This document shows, one piece after another, positions 47,631 to 57,027 of a stretch of 64,000 bases of DNA. This stretch comes from Myxococcota bacterium (GTDB lineage Bacteria > Myxococcota > Myxococcia > Myxococcales > Myxococcaceae): positions 1 to 64,000 of the forward strand of contig JBMORE010000135.1 of the NCBI GenBank assembly GCA_049322255.1, given 5' to 3'. The position numbers and the translations under genes are program-made. The notes under the pieces are model-generated. The model had not been told where the DNA came from. It saw only the letters and a list, made by a program, of their open reading frames with translations, and did not search any database. Position 1 is the first letter of the stretch; every line of letters begins with the position of its first letter.

Positions 47631-50123
47631 ATGAAAAGCTTTCTCTGGCTCCCCCTTGGCGCCGTCAGCCTCGCGCTCGCCGCCTGCCCCCAATTTCAAA
47701 CGCCTTGCGAGGGCGAATCGTGCGGCGATGCCGATGCCGGCCAAGGAGGAGGGACCGACGGAGGAGACGACGGCGGTGGCATCGCCCAGCCGGTATTGCC
47801 CAGGCCGAGCCGGTCGACGGCGATCAACCTCACTTCGGACGACGCCGTGCTCCTGGCGGTCAACCCCGACCACGGCTCCCTCTCGGTGTTCAACGCCGAA
47901 GCGCGGACCAAGGTGTCGTCGGTCGCGCTGGGCGTGGGCTCGATGCCGGTGTCGGTGGCCGTTCACCCCGATGACGCCACCGCCTTCGTGGTGCTCCGCA
48001 AGGCGCAGAAGCTGGTCAAGGTGAGTGGCATCGACAAAGTCAACCCACAGGTCGTCGCCGAGGTGGCGGTCGGCTCAGAGCCCACCGGGGTGGCGCTCTC
48101 GCCCACCGGCAAGCTGGCGGTGGTCGCAAACTTCGGCGAGTCCACGGTAACCCTCGTCGATACCCAAGCGATGTCGGTGGCGGCGACGGTGGAGGTGGGC
48201 ACCAACCCGCGCGCGGTGGCGGTGACCAATGACCTCGACCCAGAGGACGGCGACGAGCGGGCCTATGTGACGCTGTTCTACGGGGAGTTGACGGCCGAGA
48301 CCACCGACGACGGCCGCGTGGGCAAGGTGGTCGAGGTCGACCTGGGGTCGATGACCAAGGGCCGTACCATCGACCTGGCGCCGATTGCCGACACTGGTTT
48401 CGGCACGTCGCTGGCCGACGGAGGAACCTCGCCGGCGGTGGGTTGCGCTCCCAACCAGCTCTACGGCATCGCCATCAACGCAGGCAAAGCGTACGTCTCG
48501 CACGTGTGTGCCTCGCCCAAGGGGCCGGTGTTCAAGCTCACCAACCTGTTTTCCGCCATTTCGGTGATCGATCTGGCGACCGGGGCCGAAGACCGCGGGC
48601 CCACCGGCACCGGGGCACTCTCGAAGCTGATCGCGTCGCAGGGCACCGCCACCTCCAACCTTCTGGGGGTACCCGTGGAGCTCGACTTCAAGCCCGGCAC
48701 CAACGTGGCCTACTTGGTCTCCCAGGCGGGCGACGCGGTGCAGCGAATTCATTACAAGGGCTCCGACCCGCGTGGCCCGATTGTCCTCGGGCCCGACTCG
48801 AACTTCGCGCAAATCGACCTTCGTGGCCAAACCGGCATCAAGGTGCCCATCGGCATCGTCACCGCCCGCACCCGGGCGCTGGCCTTCGTCAACAACTGGG
48901 TCGATCGGAGCGTCACGGTGATCGACCTGGCGGTACAGGCGGCGTCGGATGCGCCGATCGCATCCGAACCAAAGCCCACCGCCGGCACCGCCGAGGCGAG
49001 GGTGCTCAACGGCAAGAAGTTCTTTTTCACCGGCGTGGGCCGCTGGAGCGATCGCGCGGTCAACTCCTGCGGGAGCTGCCACCCCGACGGAAACTCGGAC
49101 AACCTCACCTGGGTGTTCGCCGCCGGTCCGCGGCAGACCACGCCGCTCGATGGCACCTTTTCCAAGACCGATCCATCCGACCAACGGGTGCTCAACTGGA
49201 CGGGCATCTTCGACGAAATTCACGACTTCGAGCTGAACACCCGCGGGACCGCTGGCGGCAAAGGAGCGATCGTCACCGGCGCTTCGCCCAACGACGTACC
49301 CTTCAACCTTGCGCTGGGCCTGTCCCTCGATGGGGGCAGTGTGGTGACGCGCAACGACTTCCTCTCCGGCTCCACCAAACACGTGGTAACGCTGGCCAGC
49401 TCCGTCAAGGACTGGGACGACATCGAAGCCTTCGTGCAAACCGTGGCCGCCAACCGGGCTCCGACCAGGCTCGATGGCCAACAGGTCGCACGCGGCCGCG
49501 CCCTCTTTCAGAACGCCAACTGTCATTTCTGTCACGGCGGCTCGAAGTGGACGGTGAGCCGCCAGCCGTTCGCTCCATCCCCGGAGAAGAACGGAAGTCT
49601 TCCCGGCGCCAACGGGCAGCCCTCCTTGCCCACCGGCTTGCGCACCCAGGGTCTCGACGGAGGAACGCTGCCGCTCCCCAACCCGAGCATCAACACTGAC
49701 ACCCGGAAGGTGGACATCGAACGGCTGACGCTGGCCGACGGCGGCACCTTGAACGTCGGGCCCGAGCGCATCACCTGCGTGTTACGCAACGTCGGTACCT
49801 TCGCCGCCTCGAATCTCATCGAGCGCAAGGCCGATGGCTCACAAGCGCAAGGGGCCAAGGGTTTCAATCCGCCCTCGCTCTTGGGTATGGCCACCTCGGC
49901 GCCGTACTTTCACCATGGCGAAGCGCGAACGCTGGCCGAAGTGTTCCAGGCCAAGTACGCCACCCACCATCAGGCCGGCAACGCCCTCTTCCTGGCCAAC
50001 GGCGGCGGCACCCCGCAGGAGCAAGCGGAGATCGCCGATCTGGTGGCCTTCCTCGAGTCGATCGACGAACGCACGCCGCCATTTTCGGTGCCCGCGGGGT
50101 ACGACATCTGCGGAGGTTACTAA
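47631..50123 (+). CDS. YVTN/YncE beta-propeller plus diheme cytochrome c (bCcP/MauG-like) lipoprotein
   Basis: Lipobox LAAC, propeller repeats (VGSEPTGVALSP, VGTNPRAVAV), CGSCH and CHFCH heme motifs, FNPPSLLG...APYFHHG. Confidence 0.85.
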   Translation: MKSFLWLPLGAVSLALAACPQFQTPCEGESCGDADAGQGGGTDGGDDGGGIAQPVLPRPSRSTAINLTSDDAVLLAVNPDHGSLSVFNAEARTKVSSVALGVGSMPVSVAVHPDDATAFVVLRKAQKLVKVSGIDKVNPQVVAEVAVGSEPTGVALSPTGKLAVVANFGESTVTLVDTQAMSVAATVEVGTNPRAVAVTNDLDPEDGDERAYVTLFYGELTAETTDDGRVGKVVEVDLGSMTKGRTIDLAPIADTGFGTSLADGGTSPAVGCAPNQLYGIAINAGKAYVSHVCASPKGPVFKLTNLFSAISVIDLATGAEDRGPTGTGALSKLIASQGTATSNLLGVPVELDFKPGTNVAYLVSQAGDAVQRIHYKGSDPRGPIVLGPDSNFAQIDLRGQTGIKVPIGIVTARTRALAFVNNWVDRSVTVIDLAVQAASDAPIASEPKPTAGTAEARVLNGKKFFFTGVGRWSDRAVNSCGSCHPDGNSDNLTWVFAAGPRQTTPLDGTFSKTDPSDQRVLNWTGIFDEIHDFELNTRGTAGGKGAIVTGASPNDVPFNLALGLSLDGGSVVTRNDFLSGSTKHVVTLASSVKDWDDIEAFVQTVAANRAPTRLDGQQVARGRALFQNANCHFCHGGSKWTVSRQPFAPSPEKNGSLPGANGQPSLPTGLRTQGLDGGTLPLPNPSINTDTRKVDIERLTLADGGTLNVGPERITCVLRNVGTFAASNLIERKADGSQAQGAKGFNPPSLLGMATSAPYFHHGEARTLAEVFQAKYATHHQAGNALFLANGGGTPQEQAEIADLVAFLESIDERTPPFSVPAGYDICGGY

Positions 50124-50286
50124 GCGAAGTGTCCCAACGGTGGGGGCCTTTGGGAACGACATCCGCGCAGCGGGTACTGCCAGAGAACCCTAAGCTGGCG
50201 GGTGGGTACGCGCTCTCCCTTGTGGAGGGCGCGTGCTTTTTTCGAAGCTACCGCTCGCCGCCGCCGACTTGGTGTAGAAGCGCTCC

Positions 50287-51141
50287 ATGTCGCAGGGCGT
50301 GACGGGCAAGCTTAGGCGCGGGCTGAAGGCGTGGACCGAGAAGATGGCGGGCCCGGAGCTTTTGCCGCGGGTGGCTGCGATTCGCCGCACCGAGAACGAG
50401 TACGGCGTCGACCCGTTCGGCTTCGACCTCGACTACACCCTGGCCGCGGTGGCGCCGCTCTTGTGGCTCTACCGCCACTACTTTCGCGTCGAGACCCACG
50501 GCATCCAGAAAGTTCCCCAGGGGCGGGTCTTGCTGGTGGCCAACCACTCCGGGCAGCTTCCTTTCGACGCGGCGATGATTGGCTTGGCGATGCTGGTCGA
50601 GAGCTCTCCGGCGCGCGCCATTCGCAGCATGGTGGAGAAGTGGGTGCCCTCCTTGCCCTACGTGTCGATGTTCATGGCGCGGGTGGGCCAAATCGTCGGC
50701 ACCCCGGAGAACTGCCGGCGCCTGCTGGAGGCAGGGGAGGCGATTCTCGTCTTTCCCGAAGGGATGCGGGGCATCACCAAGCTCTTCCCCCAGCGCTACC
50801 AACTTCAAGAATTCGGCCTGGGCTTCATGCGGCTGGCGCTGGAGACTCAAACCCCCATCGTCCCGGTGGCGGTGGTGGGCGCCGAAGAGCAGGCGCCAGC
50901 ACTGTTCAACCTAAAGCCGGTGGCCAAGCTGCTCGGCTTTCCCGCCTTTCCCCTCACCCCCACCGGGTTGCCGATTCCTTTGCCCAGCAAGTACCGCCTC
51001 TACTTCGGAGACCCGCTCTATTTCACCGGGCGCGCCGACGACGAGGACGCCGAGCTGGACAAGAAGGTTCACGTGGTGAAGGCGGCGATTCAGTCGATGC
51101 TCGAGCAGGGCCTGCGCGAGCGCAAGCACGTGTTCTGGTAG
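50287..51141 (+). CDS. Lysophospholipid/DGAT-like acyltransferase
   Basis: VANHSGQLPFD, LVFPEG, GFMRLAL, PIVPVAVVGAEE. Confidence 0.88.
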   Translation: MSQGVTGKLRRGLKAWTEKMAGPELLPRVAAIRRTENEYGVDPFGFDLDYTLAAVAPLLWLYRHYFRVETHGIQKVPQGRVLLVANHSGQLPFDAAMIGLAMLVESSPARAIRSMVEKWVPSLPYVSMFMARVGQIVGTPENCRRLLEAGEAILVFPEGMRGITKLFPQRYQLQEFGLGFMRLALETQTPIVPVAVVGAEEQAPALFNLKPVAKLLGFPAFPLTPTGLPIPLPSKYRLYFGDPLYFTGRADDEDAELDKKVHVVKAAIQSMLEQGLRERKHVFW

Positions 51142-51154
51142 GAAAAAGGCGAAC

Positions 51155-52090
51155 GTGGCGAACGAATCGAAGCCCGCGGTGGTGGTCACCGGCATCAGCG
51201 GCAACTTAGGGCGCGCGCTGGCCAAGCTGCTCCACAAGGAAGAGCGCATCATCGGCGTCGATCGCCGCCCCTTCGTGGGCAAGCCCAAAGACATCGAGAT
51301 GTACCAGCTCGATTTGCGCAAAAAGAAGGCGGAGGACGTCTTCCGCCGCAACCCGGTCAAAGCGGTCATTCACATGGGCATCATGCACGACCCCCGCTTA
51401 AGCCCGGAGGACCATCACTCCTTCAACGTCATCGGCACCACCCGCATTCTCGACTTCTGCGCCAAGTACGCGGTGAAAAAGGTGGTGTTCCTCTCCTCGG
51501 CCAACGTCTACGGCCCCTCGCCCGACAACTCCAACTTCCTCACCGAGGAGGCTCCCCTGATGGCGGCCTCCCGCTTCCCTGGGGTGCGCGACTTGGTGGA
51601 AGTCGACATGCTCGCGCACGGCTTTTTCTGGCGTCACCCGGAGTGCAAGACGGTCATCTTGCGCCCGGTGCACATCGTCGGGCCCACCATCAAGAACGCG
51701 CCCTCGAATTACCTGCGCCTGCGCCGCCCGTGGATGCTCGCCGGCTTCGACCCGATGGTGCAGCTCATTCACGTCGAGGACGCCGCCCGCGCCATGGTCG
51801 CCGCGCTCCAGCCCCAGGCCAACGGGGTCTACAACGTGGTCGGCCCGGGAGAGGTGCCGCTCTCCGCCATCTTCCGCGAGCTGGGGCGCCAGGTGGTGCA
51901 CGTGCCGCACCCCCTGGCCCGCTTCTTCTTGGCCCGCGCCTTCCGCTACCGATTGGCGAGCTTTCCTCCCGAAGAGCTCGACCACATCCAATTCCTCTGC
52001 GCAGTCGATGGCTCGCGCTGGGTCAAAGACATTGGTTGGAAACCCCGCTACACCATGCGCGAAACCATTCGCTCGGTGCTGGGGGAATAG
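51155..52090 (+). CDS. Extended SDR / NAD-dependent epimerase-like protein
   Basis: VVVTGISGNLG, NVIGT, SSANVYG, QLIHVED; canonical YxxxK not evident. Confidence 0.85.
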   Translation: MANESKPAVVVTGISGNLGRALAKLLHKEERIIGVDRRPFVGKPKDIEMYQLDLRKKKAEDVFRRNPVKAVIHMGIMHDPRLSPEDHHSFNVIGTTRILDFCAKYAVKKVVFLSSANVYGPSPDNSNFLTEEAPLMAASRFPGVRDLVEVDMLAHGFFWRHPECKTVILRPVHIVGPTIKNAPSNYLRLRRPWMLAGFDPMVQLIHVEDAARAMVAALQPQANGVYNVVGPGEVPLSAIFRELGRQVVHVPHPLARFFLARAFRYRLASFPPEELDHIQFLCAVDGSRWVKDIGWKPRYTMRETIRSVLGE

Positions 52091-52215
52091 CGCACCCTGT
52101 GGGTATGAGGCGTGCCTGACAGCGATGTCGCGCGCGACGCCGCTTTGCACGGTGGTTTCTTCCCCAGGCGAGGCCAAGTCAGCGGAACTCAAGGCGACCG
52201 GTTCACTGGCGGGGG

Positions 52216-52230
52216 TGGCACCTCGATTGC
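52216..52230 (+). promoter_or_regulatory. sigma54 (-24/-12) promoter with no downstream CDS
   Basis: TGGCAC-CTCGA-TTGC, exact match to TGGCAC-N5-TTGC. Confidence 0.75.
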
Positions 52231-52241
52231 TCATCGAAGGG

Positions 52242-52369
52242 CGTAGATAGGGTTTTCGGAGCCTGAATCGCGACATCTAAAGGCTCCGCGCGAGTGGTAG
52301 GGGGTCCCATTGGGGGACGCCCGACGCCCGCCGCCTCGGCCGGCCCCGAGACGGCGGGCGGTTTTTTTT
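52242..52369 (+). ncRNA. Candidate sigma54-dependent small RNA (three stem-loops)
   Basis: Between promoter and terminator; SL1 CGGAGCCT/AGGCTCCG, SL2 GTCCC/GGGAC, SL3 terminator; no ATG; 5' end inferred. Confidence 0.6.
52325..52369 (+). terminator. Rho-independent terminator
   Basis: CGCCCGCCG-C-CTCGG...CCGAG-A-CGGCGGGCG hairpin followed by T8. Confidence 0.88.
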
Positions 52370-52385
52370 GCGGGCGGCGTCGCTC

Positions 52386-52835
52386 TTAACCGGCGTCGGG
52401 GGCGTCGAGGAGGAAGGGCGCCGCCAGCTCGGGTGAAAAAGGGCCTGTGTCTTGCCGGGCCAGCCACCAGGTGCCGTCGCGGTAGACGAACTCTGAAACC
52501 ACCAGGTCGCTGTGCTCGCTCGCCGAGGGCAGGCGCACCCAGGAAATGCGCGAGGTGACCGTGGCCCGAAGGCCGTTGGTGCTCAGCTTGGCGTCTTCGA
52601 GCTGGTAGTCGGAGACGGTGAGGTCGCGCTCGTCGTTCTGTTGACGGCGGGCGAGGAGGTAGGCCTCCTGTCGCTCGGGGACGATCAGCTCGGCGGCGCC
52701 GTGAAAGTCGCGCCAGCGAATGCGCTGGTGAAAGGTCTCCGCCGCGGGCTTGAGGGTCTCCAGGCTGCCGGTCTTGGGGGTGTGGACGCAGCCGACCAGC
52801 CACAGCAGTCCGAGGAGCGCAAGGAATGTCCGCAC
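52386..52835 (-). CDS. Lipoprotein, hypothetical
   Basis: GTG start, MRTFLALLGLLWLVGC lipobox; FHQRIRWRDF...W...W pattern. Confidence 0.7.
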   Translation of the reverse strand: MRTFLALLGLLWLVGCVHTPKTGSLETLKPAAETFHQRIRWRDFHGAAELIVPERQEAYLLARRQQNDERDLTVSDYQLEDAKLSTNGLRATVTSRISWVRLPSASEHSDLVVSEFVYRDGTWWLARQDTGPFSPELAAPFLLDAPDAG

Positions 52836-52935
52836 GGCGGCGGACGGTAGCACCCGAGCGTTCCGAGACAAGATATCCAGCGGCGATGTTATGTTGACCC
52901 ACCCTCGCGCTCTTGTTCCCAAGGGACCTTCGTCG

Positions 52936-55900
52936 ATGACCAAGCCGATGGTGGAAAGGTACGAGCAGATCCTCGCGCAGGATCCAGCGTCCACCGTCTT
53001 CGTCGAGCTGGCCAAGGCGCTCATCGAGAAGGGGGAGCACCACAAGGCAATCGAGGTGTGCAAGGGCGGCCTGGGCCACCACCGCGAATCGGTGGCAGCG
53101 CGGGTGCTCTGGGGAAAGGCGCTCATCAATCTGGGCCGCCCCGCCGAAGCGATGGAGCAATTCGACCTGGCCATCGCCATCGACAAGGAGAATGCCCACG
53201 CTTACAACCTCATCGGCGAGGTGCTCCTGCACAAGGGGCTGTACCGCTCGGCCCTGCCGCTGCTCAAAAAGGCGGTGGCCTTGCAGCCCAACGACGGGCG
53301 GGTGCGCCAATGGCTGGAGCAGACCCAACGGGCGCTCTCGGGCGGCCCGGCGCCGGTGCTCACCGACCTCACCCTGATCGACCCGCTCGACCCACAATCG
53401 GTGACCACCGACCCAGGGCAAGAGGCCAAGCGCAGCGACATTTCCGCCGACTCCACCGAAGTGCTCAAGGCTTTGTCCCCCGAAGTGGGCCGCGATGAGG
53501 ACCCGACGGCAGAAATCCCCCTGCCGCAGATGCCCGGCGCCACCGACCCGGCAGCGACGACGACCCCCTTGGATACGCCGGCCCAAGAGCGGCCCGCCGA
53601 CCCGTTCGACGTGGTCGCCGCACGCAGCAAGCCGGTCGAGGAAACCGTGGGCGGCATGACCGCCATGTTCGACGCGCTCTCCCAGCAGACTCAGAGCGAG
53701 CCCACCATCATCCCCGCCAGAGATTTGTACCTCGAGGGGAAGGTGGAGCGCTCCGGGCCGGTGGAAATACCCAGCGACGAGGTGGCGGTAGCGCCGACGC
53801 AGCCCGCCAAGAGCTCGGGCGGGCTACTCGATGATGTGCCGGACTACATCGACTACACCGGCCAGATGCAGGTGGTGAAGGCCGAGGTCTCGACCCAGAC
53901 CACCGAGGCGATCGCCAAGGAGTACGAGCGGGAGCTGCGGCAGAAGCTCGCCGTCAGCGCCGCGCGCAAGACTTTCTGGCAGCGGCACTGGGTGAAGCTC
54001 GCGGTGACGGTGGTGGCAGGGGTGGTGCTCGCCGCCTCCGCCGGCGCCTACTTCTACACGCGGGCGAAGAACCAGGGCAAAGACCTCGCCGACGCGCTCG
54101 CCGACGCCAAGCTGGCGATTGCCCAGGACACGGGCGCCTCCTACAAGACGGCGCTCGAGTCACTCGGGCACGCCGTGCAGATGGACGCGGACAGCCCCGA
54201 GGCCTGGAGCCTTTCCGCCTACGCTCATGCGGTGCTCTACGCCGAGCACGGTCGCGGCAAGAACGACCAGATGAAGGCGCTGGTGGCGCTCTCCAAGCCC
54301 AAGGTGCGGGAGCGCTTCCCCGGGTTGACGCTCGCCGCCGACTATTACCTCGCTGACGACTCGCAACGAGCCGAGGCGGAAAAAGCCGTGCTCTCTTCGT
54401 CTTTGGACCAGACGGAGGTGCACGAAGTCGCGGGTCGAGTTCTTTTGTCAAAAAGGAAAACAGACGACGGGCTCAAGCGGTTGGGACGGGCGCTCGAGCT
54501 GCTCCCCGCCAACGTACGGGCTCTGGTGGCGCTGGGGGACTACTACCGGGAGGCGCAAGACGACGACAACGCGCTCAAGTTCTACGCCGGACCCGCGGCG
54601 CAGGTTTCGGCCAAGCACGCCGGCCGGGTGGTGGGCGCAGCCGAGGTCCGGCTGGAGCGCCAGGTCGACTTGGCCGAGGCGCTCGAGGAGCTCGAGGCGT
54701 TGCCGAAAGACGAGCCGCTCCTTCCCGACCTGGAGGCGCGACGCACGCTGGCCCTGGGGCGCGCGCTCACCGCGAACGGGCGCCACGCCGACGCCTTGAA
54801 AACGCTCCAGCAAGGCGTCACTGCGCACAAGGCGAAGGCCTTTCCGTTCCAGATGGCCCTGGGCGAGGCCTACCGCGCCGCCGGAGACATCGCCGAGGCG
54901 CACACGGCCTTCGAGGCGGCGGTGAAGCTTTCGCCCAGGAGCGAAGATGCCCGCGAGGCGTTGGGCCGGGTCCTCTTGGCGCGCGCTCGGGAACGGGAGG
55001 TGTTGCGGATTTCCACCGAGGGCGAGGCGCGGCGGGTGCACTTGGTGCGTGGCATTGCCTACACCCGGCTGGGAGAATGGAAGCGCGCTCGCAGCGAGCT
55101 GTCGCGAACCCAGGTGAACGGGAAGTTTCCCACCGAGGCGGTGGTGCACTTGGCGCTGGTCGACGCCGCCGAGGGCGACGAGGCCAAGGCAGAGCAGGTG
55201 CTGGAGAAGGTGCTTGCCTCCGTCAAACGCGGGAAGGCCGACGTGCGGGTCGCGCTGGGGCAGGTGTATTGGCGGCAGGGGGTGCTCGCCAAGGCACGAA
55301 AACAGTTCGAGGAGGCGGCGAAAGACCCAGGTGACTTCGAGGGGTCCTGCGCGCTGGGCCGCCTCATCCTCGAGGAGCTCAAAGAACCTGAAAAAGCCAT
55401 TGGGCCGCTCACGAAGGCCATCGAAAAGAACGCTGCTCACCCGGAGGCCCGCCAGGCGCTGGGGAGGGCCTACCTCGCGGTCGGGCGGATTCAAGACGCG
55501 CTCGCCCAGGCCGAAGCGTGGCAGCTAGAAGACCCCGACTCCGCCGAGGCGCAGACCGCCTTCGCCTTCGCGCTCTACCACTCCGGCCGCTTCAAGGAAG
55601 CCGAGGCGGTGAGCGCGAAAGCCGTTCGGGTGAAAGGGTCGAGCGCCGAGGCGCACCGGGTTCGAGCCATGGTGGCCTTCGCCAACGCCGACGGGCGCGC
55701 GGGGTTCGCCTCGCTGGAGCGGGCGAACAAGCTCGACCCCAAGGACGCGGCGACCTTCTGTGAAATCGGTCAAGCCTTCATGCGCCAAGGCGCTTCCGAG
55801 ATGGCCGAGAAGGCCTACCAGGCTGCGGTTCGAGAGGACCCGGCGTCGGCCTGCGGAGCCATCGGCGCCCATTACGCACGCCTGCCGCGCGGGGGGCGCT

Positions 55901-56325
55901 CGGCGGTGAAGGAGCTGGCCGAGCTGGCCAAGAAGGCGCTTCAAAGCCACGACCGGGCCTTCGCTTGGGCCACTTTGGCGCGGGTCAGGCTGGTGACCGG
56001 GCCCCTCAAGGAGGCGAAGGCCGCCGCGGAGAAGGCCGTGGGGTTGGCGCCCTATTCGGGACTGGCGCAGCTTTCGGCGGGGCTGGTGGCGCTGCGGCAG
56101 AAAGACGGCGCGCGAGCCGTGGAGGTGCTGAGCAAGGCGGTGGAGTACGATGGCACGCTCGGCGCTGCGCAGCTTGCATTGGGTGATGCGCTGCAGCAGG
56201 CGAACGAGACGGAGCGCGCGGTGAAGGCGTACGAGAACTTTCTCAAGGTGGGAGGGAGCGAGGCGGACGTCGCTCGGGTGAAGAAGGTGCTGGCCAACCT
56301 CAAGAAAAAGTTGGCGCAGAGGTAG
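52936..56325 (+). CDS. Large membrane-anchored TPR protein (N-terminal TPRs, acidic linker, TM, many C-terminal TPRs)
   Basis: ERYEQILAQDPASTVFVELAKAL; TM WVKLAVTVVAGVVLAASAGAYFY; repeated TPRs; ATG at 52936. Confidence 0.85.
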   Translation: MTKPMVERYEQILAQDPASTVFVELAKALIEKGEHHKAIEVCKGGLGHHRESVAARVLWGKALINLGRPAEAMEQFDLAIAIDKENAHAYNLIGEVLLHKGLYRSALPLLKKAVALQPNDGRVRQWLEQTQRALSGGPAPVLTDLTLIDPLDPQSVTTDPGQEAKRSDISADSTEVLKALSPEVGRDEDPTAEIPLPQMPGATDPAATTTPLDTPAQERPADPFDVVAARSKPVEETVGGMTAMFDALSQQTQSEPTIIPARDLYLEGKVERSGPVEIPSDEVAVAPTQPAKSSGGLLDDVPDYIDYTGQMQVVKAEVSTQTTEAIAKEYERELRQKLAVSAARKTFWQRHWVKLAVTVVAGVVLAASAGAYFYTRAKNQGKDLADALADAKLAIAQDTGASYKTALESLGHAVQMDADSPEAWSLSAYAHAVLYAEHGRGKNDQMKALVALSKPKVRERFPGLTLAADYYLADDSQRAEAEKAVLSSSLDQTEVHEVAGRVLLSKRKTDDGLKRLGRALELLPANVRALVALGDYYREAQDDDNALKFYAGPAAQVSAKHAGRVVGAAEVRLERQVDLAEALEELEALPKDEPLLPDLEARRTLALGRALTANGRHADALKTLQQGVTAHKAKAFPFQMALGEAYRAAGDIAEAHTAFEAAVKLSPRSEDAREALGRVLLARAREREVLRISTEGEARRVHLVRGIAYTRLGEWKRARSELSRTQVNGKFPTEAVVHLALVDAAEGDEAKAEQVLEKVLASVKRGKADVRVALGQVYWRQGVLAKARKQFEEAAKDPGDFEGSCALGRLILEELKEPEKAIGPLTKAIEKNAAHPEARQALGRAYLAVGRIQDALAQAEAWQLEDPDSAEAQTAFAFALYHSGRFKEAEAVSAKAVRVKGSSAEAHRVRAMVAFANADGRAGFASLERANKLDPKDAATFCEIGQAFMRQGASEMAEKAYQAAVREDPASACGAIGAHYARLPRGGRSAVKELAELAKKALQSHDRAFAWATLARVRLVTGPLKEAKAAAEKAVGLAPYSGLAQLSAGLVALRQKDGARAVEVLSKAVEYDGTLGAAQLALGDALQQANETERAVKAYENFLKVGGSEADVARVKKVLANLKKKLAQR

Positions 56326-56326
56326 C

Positions 56327-56692
56327 GTGGAGCATCCGCTGCCGCGGTTTCCGCTCCTTCGCATCATGCTGGGCAACGCGACGTTGCTGACGTTCGTCTA
56401 TCTGAGCATCGCCTTGACGGTGGAGCTGGTGCGGCGACTCTTCACGCCCCGGTGGGCGGAGCGGCTCGCCCTGGCGCTGGAGAGCCTCCCGGCACGCACG
56501 CTGGAGCTTGTGGGTCTGTTTCGTCCGCTCCGGCGCGCGTACGCCTACGGCGAGTTGAGCGAGTTCTGGGTTCGAATGGCCTTCGGTGCCACCACCATCG
56601 CCATCATCTTCGCCATGGCCCTTTTGGTGGGCGCGGGCATGTGGCTTTTGCGGAGGGCCTTCGAGCTAAAGGAGCTTCGCCAGGGCAGGTGA
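56327..56692 (+). CDS. Small membrane protein, hypothetical
   Basis: Two TM segments; starts immediately after the TPR gene. Confidence 0.65.
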   Translation: MEHPLPRFPLLRIMLGNATLLTFVYLSIALTVELVRRLFTPRWAERLALALESLPARTLELVGLFRPLRRAYAYGELSEFWVRMAFGATTIAIIFAMALLVGAGMWLLRRAFELKELRQGR

Positions 56693-56956
56693 CAGCTCGG
56701 TGAAACGCACGCCCATGGCGCTGTAGGTCGAAGCTTGCGGGTTTCCCGGCTGGGCCCAGGTCACCTCTCCGGTGAAGGGGAGCTGACGTTCGCCATCCAG
56801 AACGTACCCATGCACCAAAGAGCCGGGCACGAAAACCTGCGGCATCTCGATGCGAAACCCGCGACGGGAGACGTCGACGGTCATCGCGGGCAGACGGCCA
56901 CCCAAGGAAACCGGAAGCCGGCGAAATCGTCGGGTGCTACGGCGTTGTGTTGGCAT
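56666..56956 (-). CDS. Stand-alone PilZ domain protein
   Basis: RRSTRR (RxxxR), DVSRRG (DxSxxG), GEVTW, MGVRF; ATG at 56956. Confidence 0.75.
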   Translation of the reverse strand: MPTQRRSTRRFRRLPVSLGGRLPAMTVDVSRRGFRIEMPQVFVPGSLVHGYVLDGERQLPFTGEVTWAQPGNPQASTYSAMGVRFTELSPALAKLL

Positions 56957-57027
56957 GTGGCGAGGTTGGCACGGGCGGCGGTGACCGCAAGTTTCCAGAC
57001 GCGGGGACCATGCCTGCGGCACATTTT

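Noticed and set aside
52242..52369. Retron msr/msd or riboswitch interpretation of the structured RNA
   Set aside because: No reverse transcriptase nearby and no same-strand downstream gene to regulate
52936..56325. Naming the large TPR protein as SgmX or AgmK
   Set aside because: TPR content alone is not diagnostic and orthology cannot be confirmed without a search
56967..56981. TGGCACG near the PilZ gene start
   Set aside because: No -12 TTGC at the right spacing and wrong orientation for the PilZ gene
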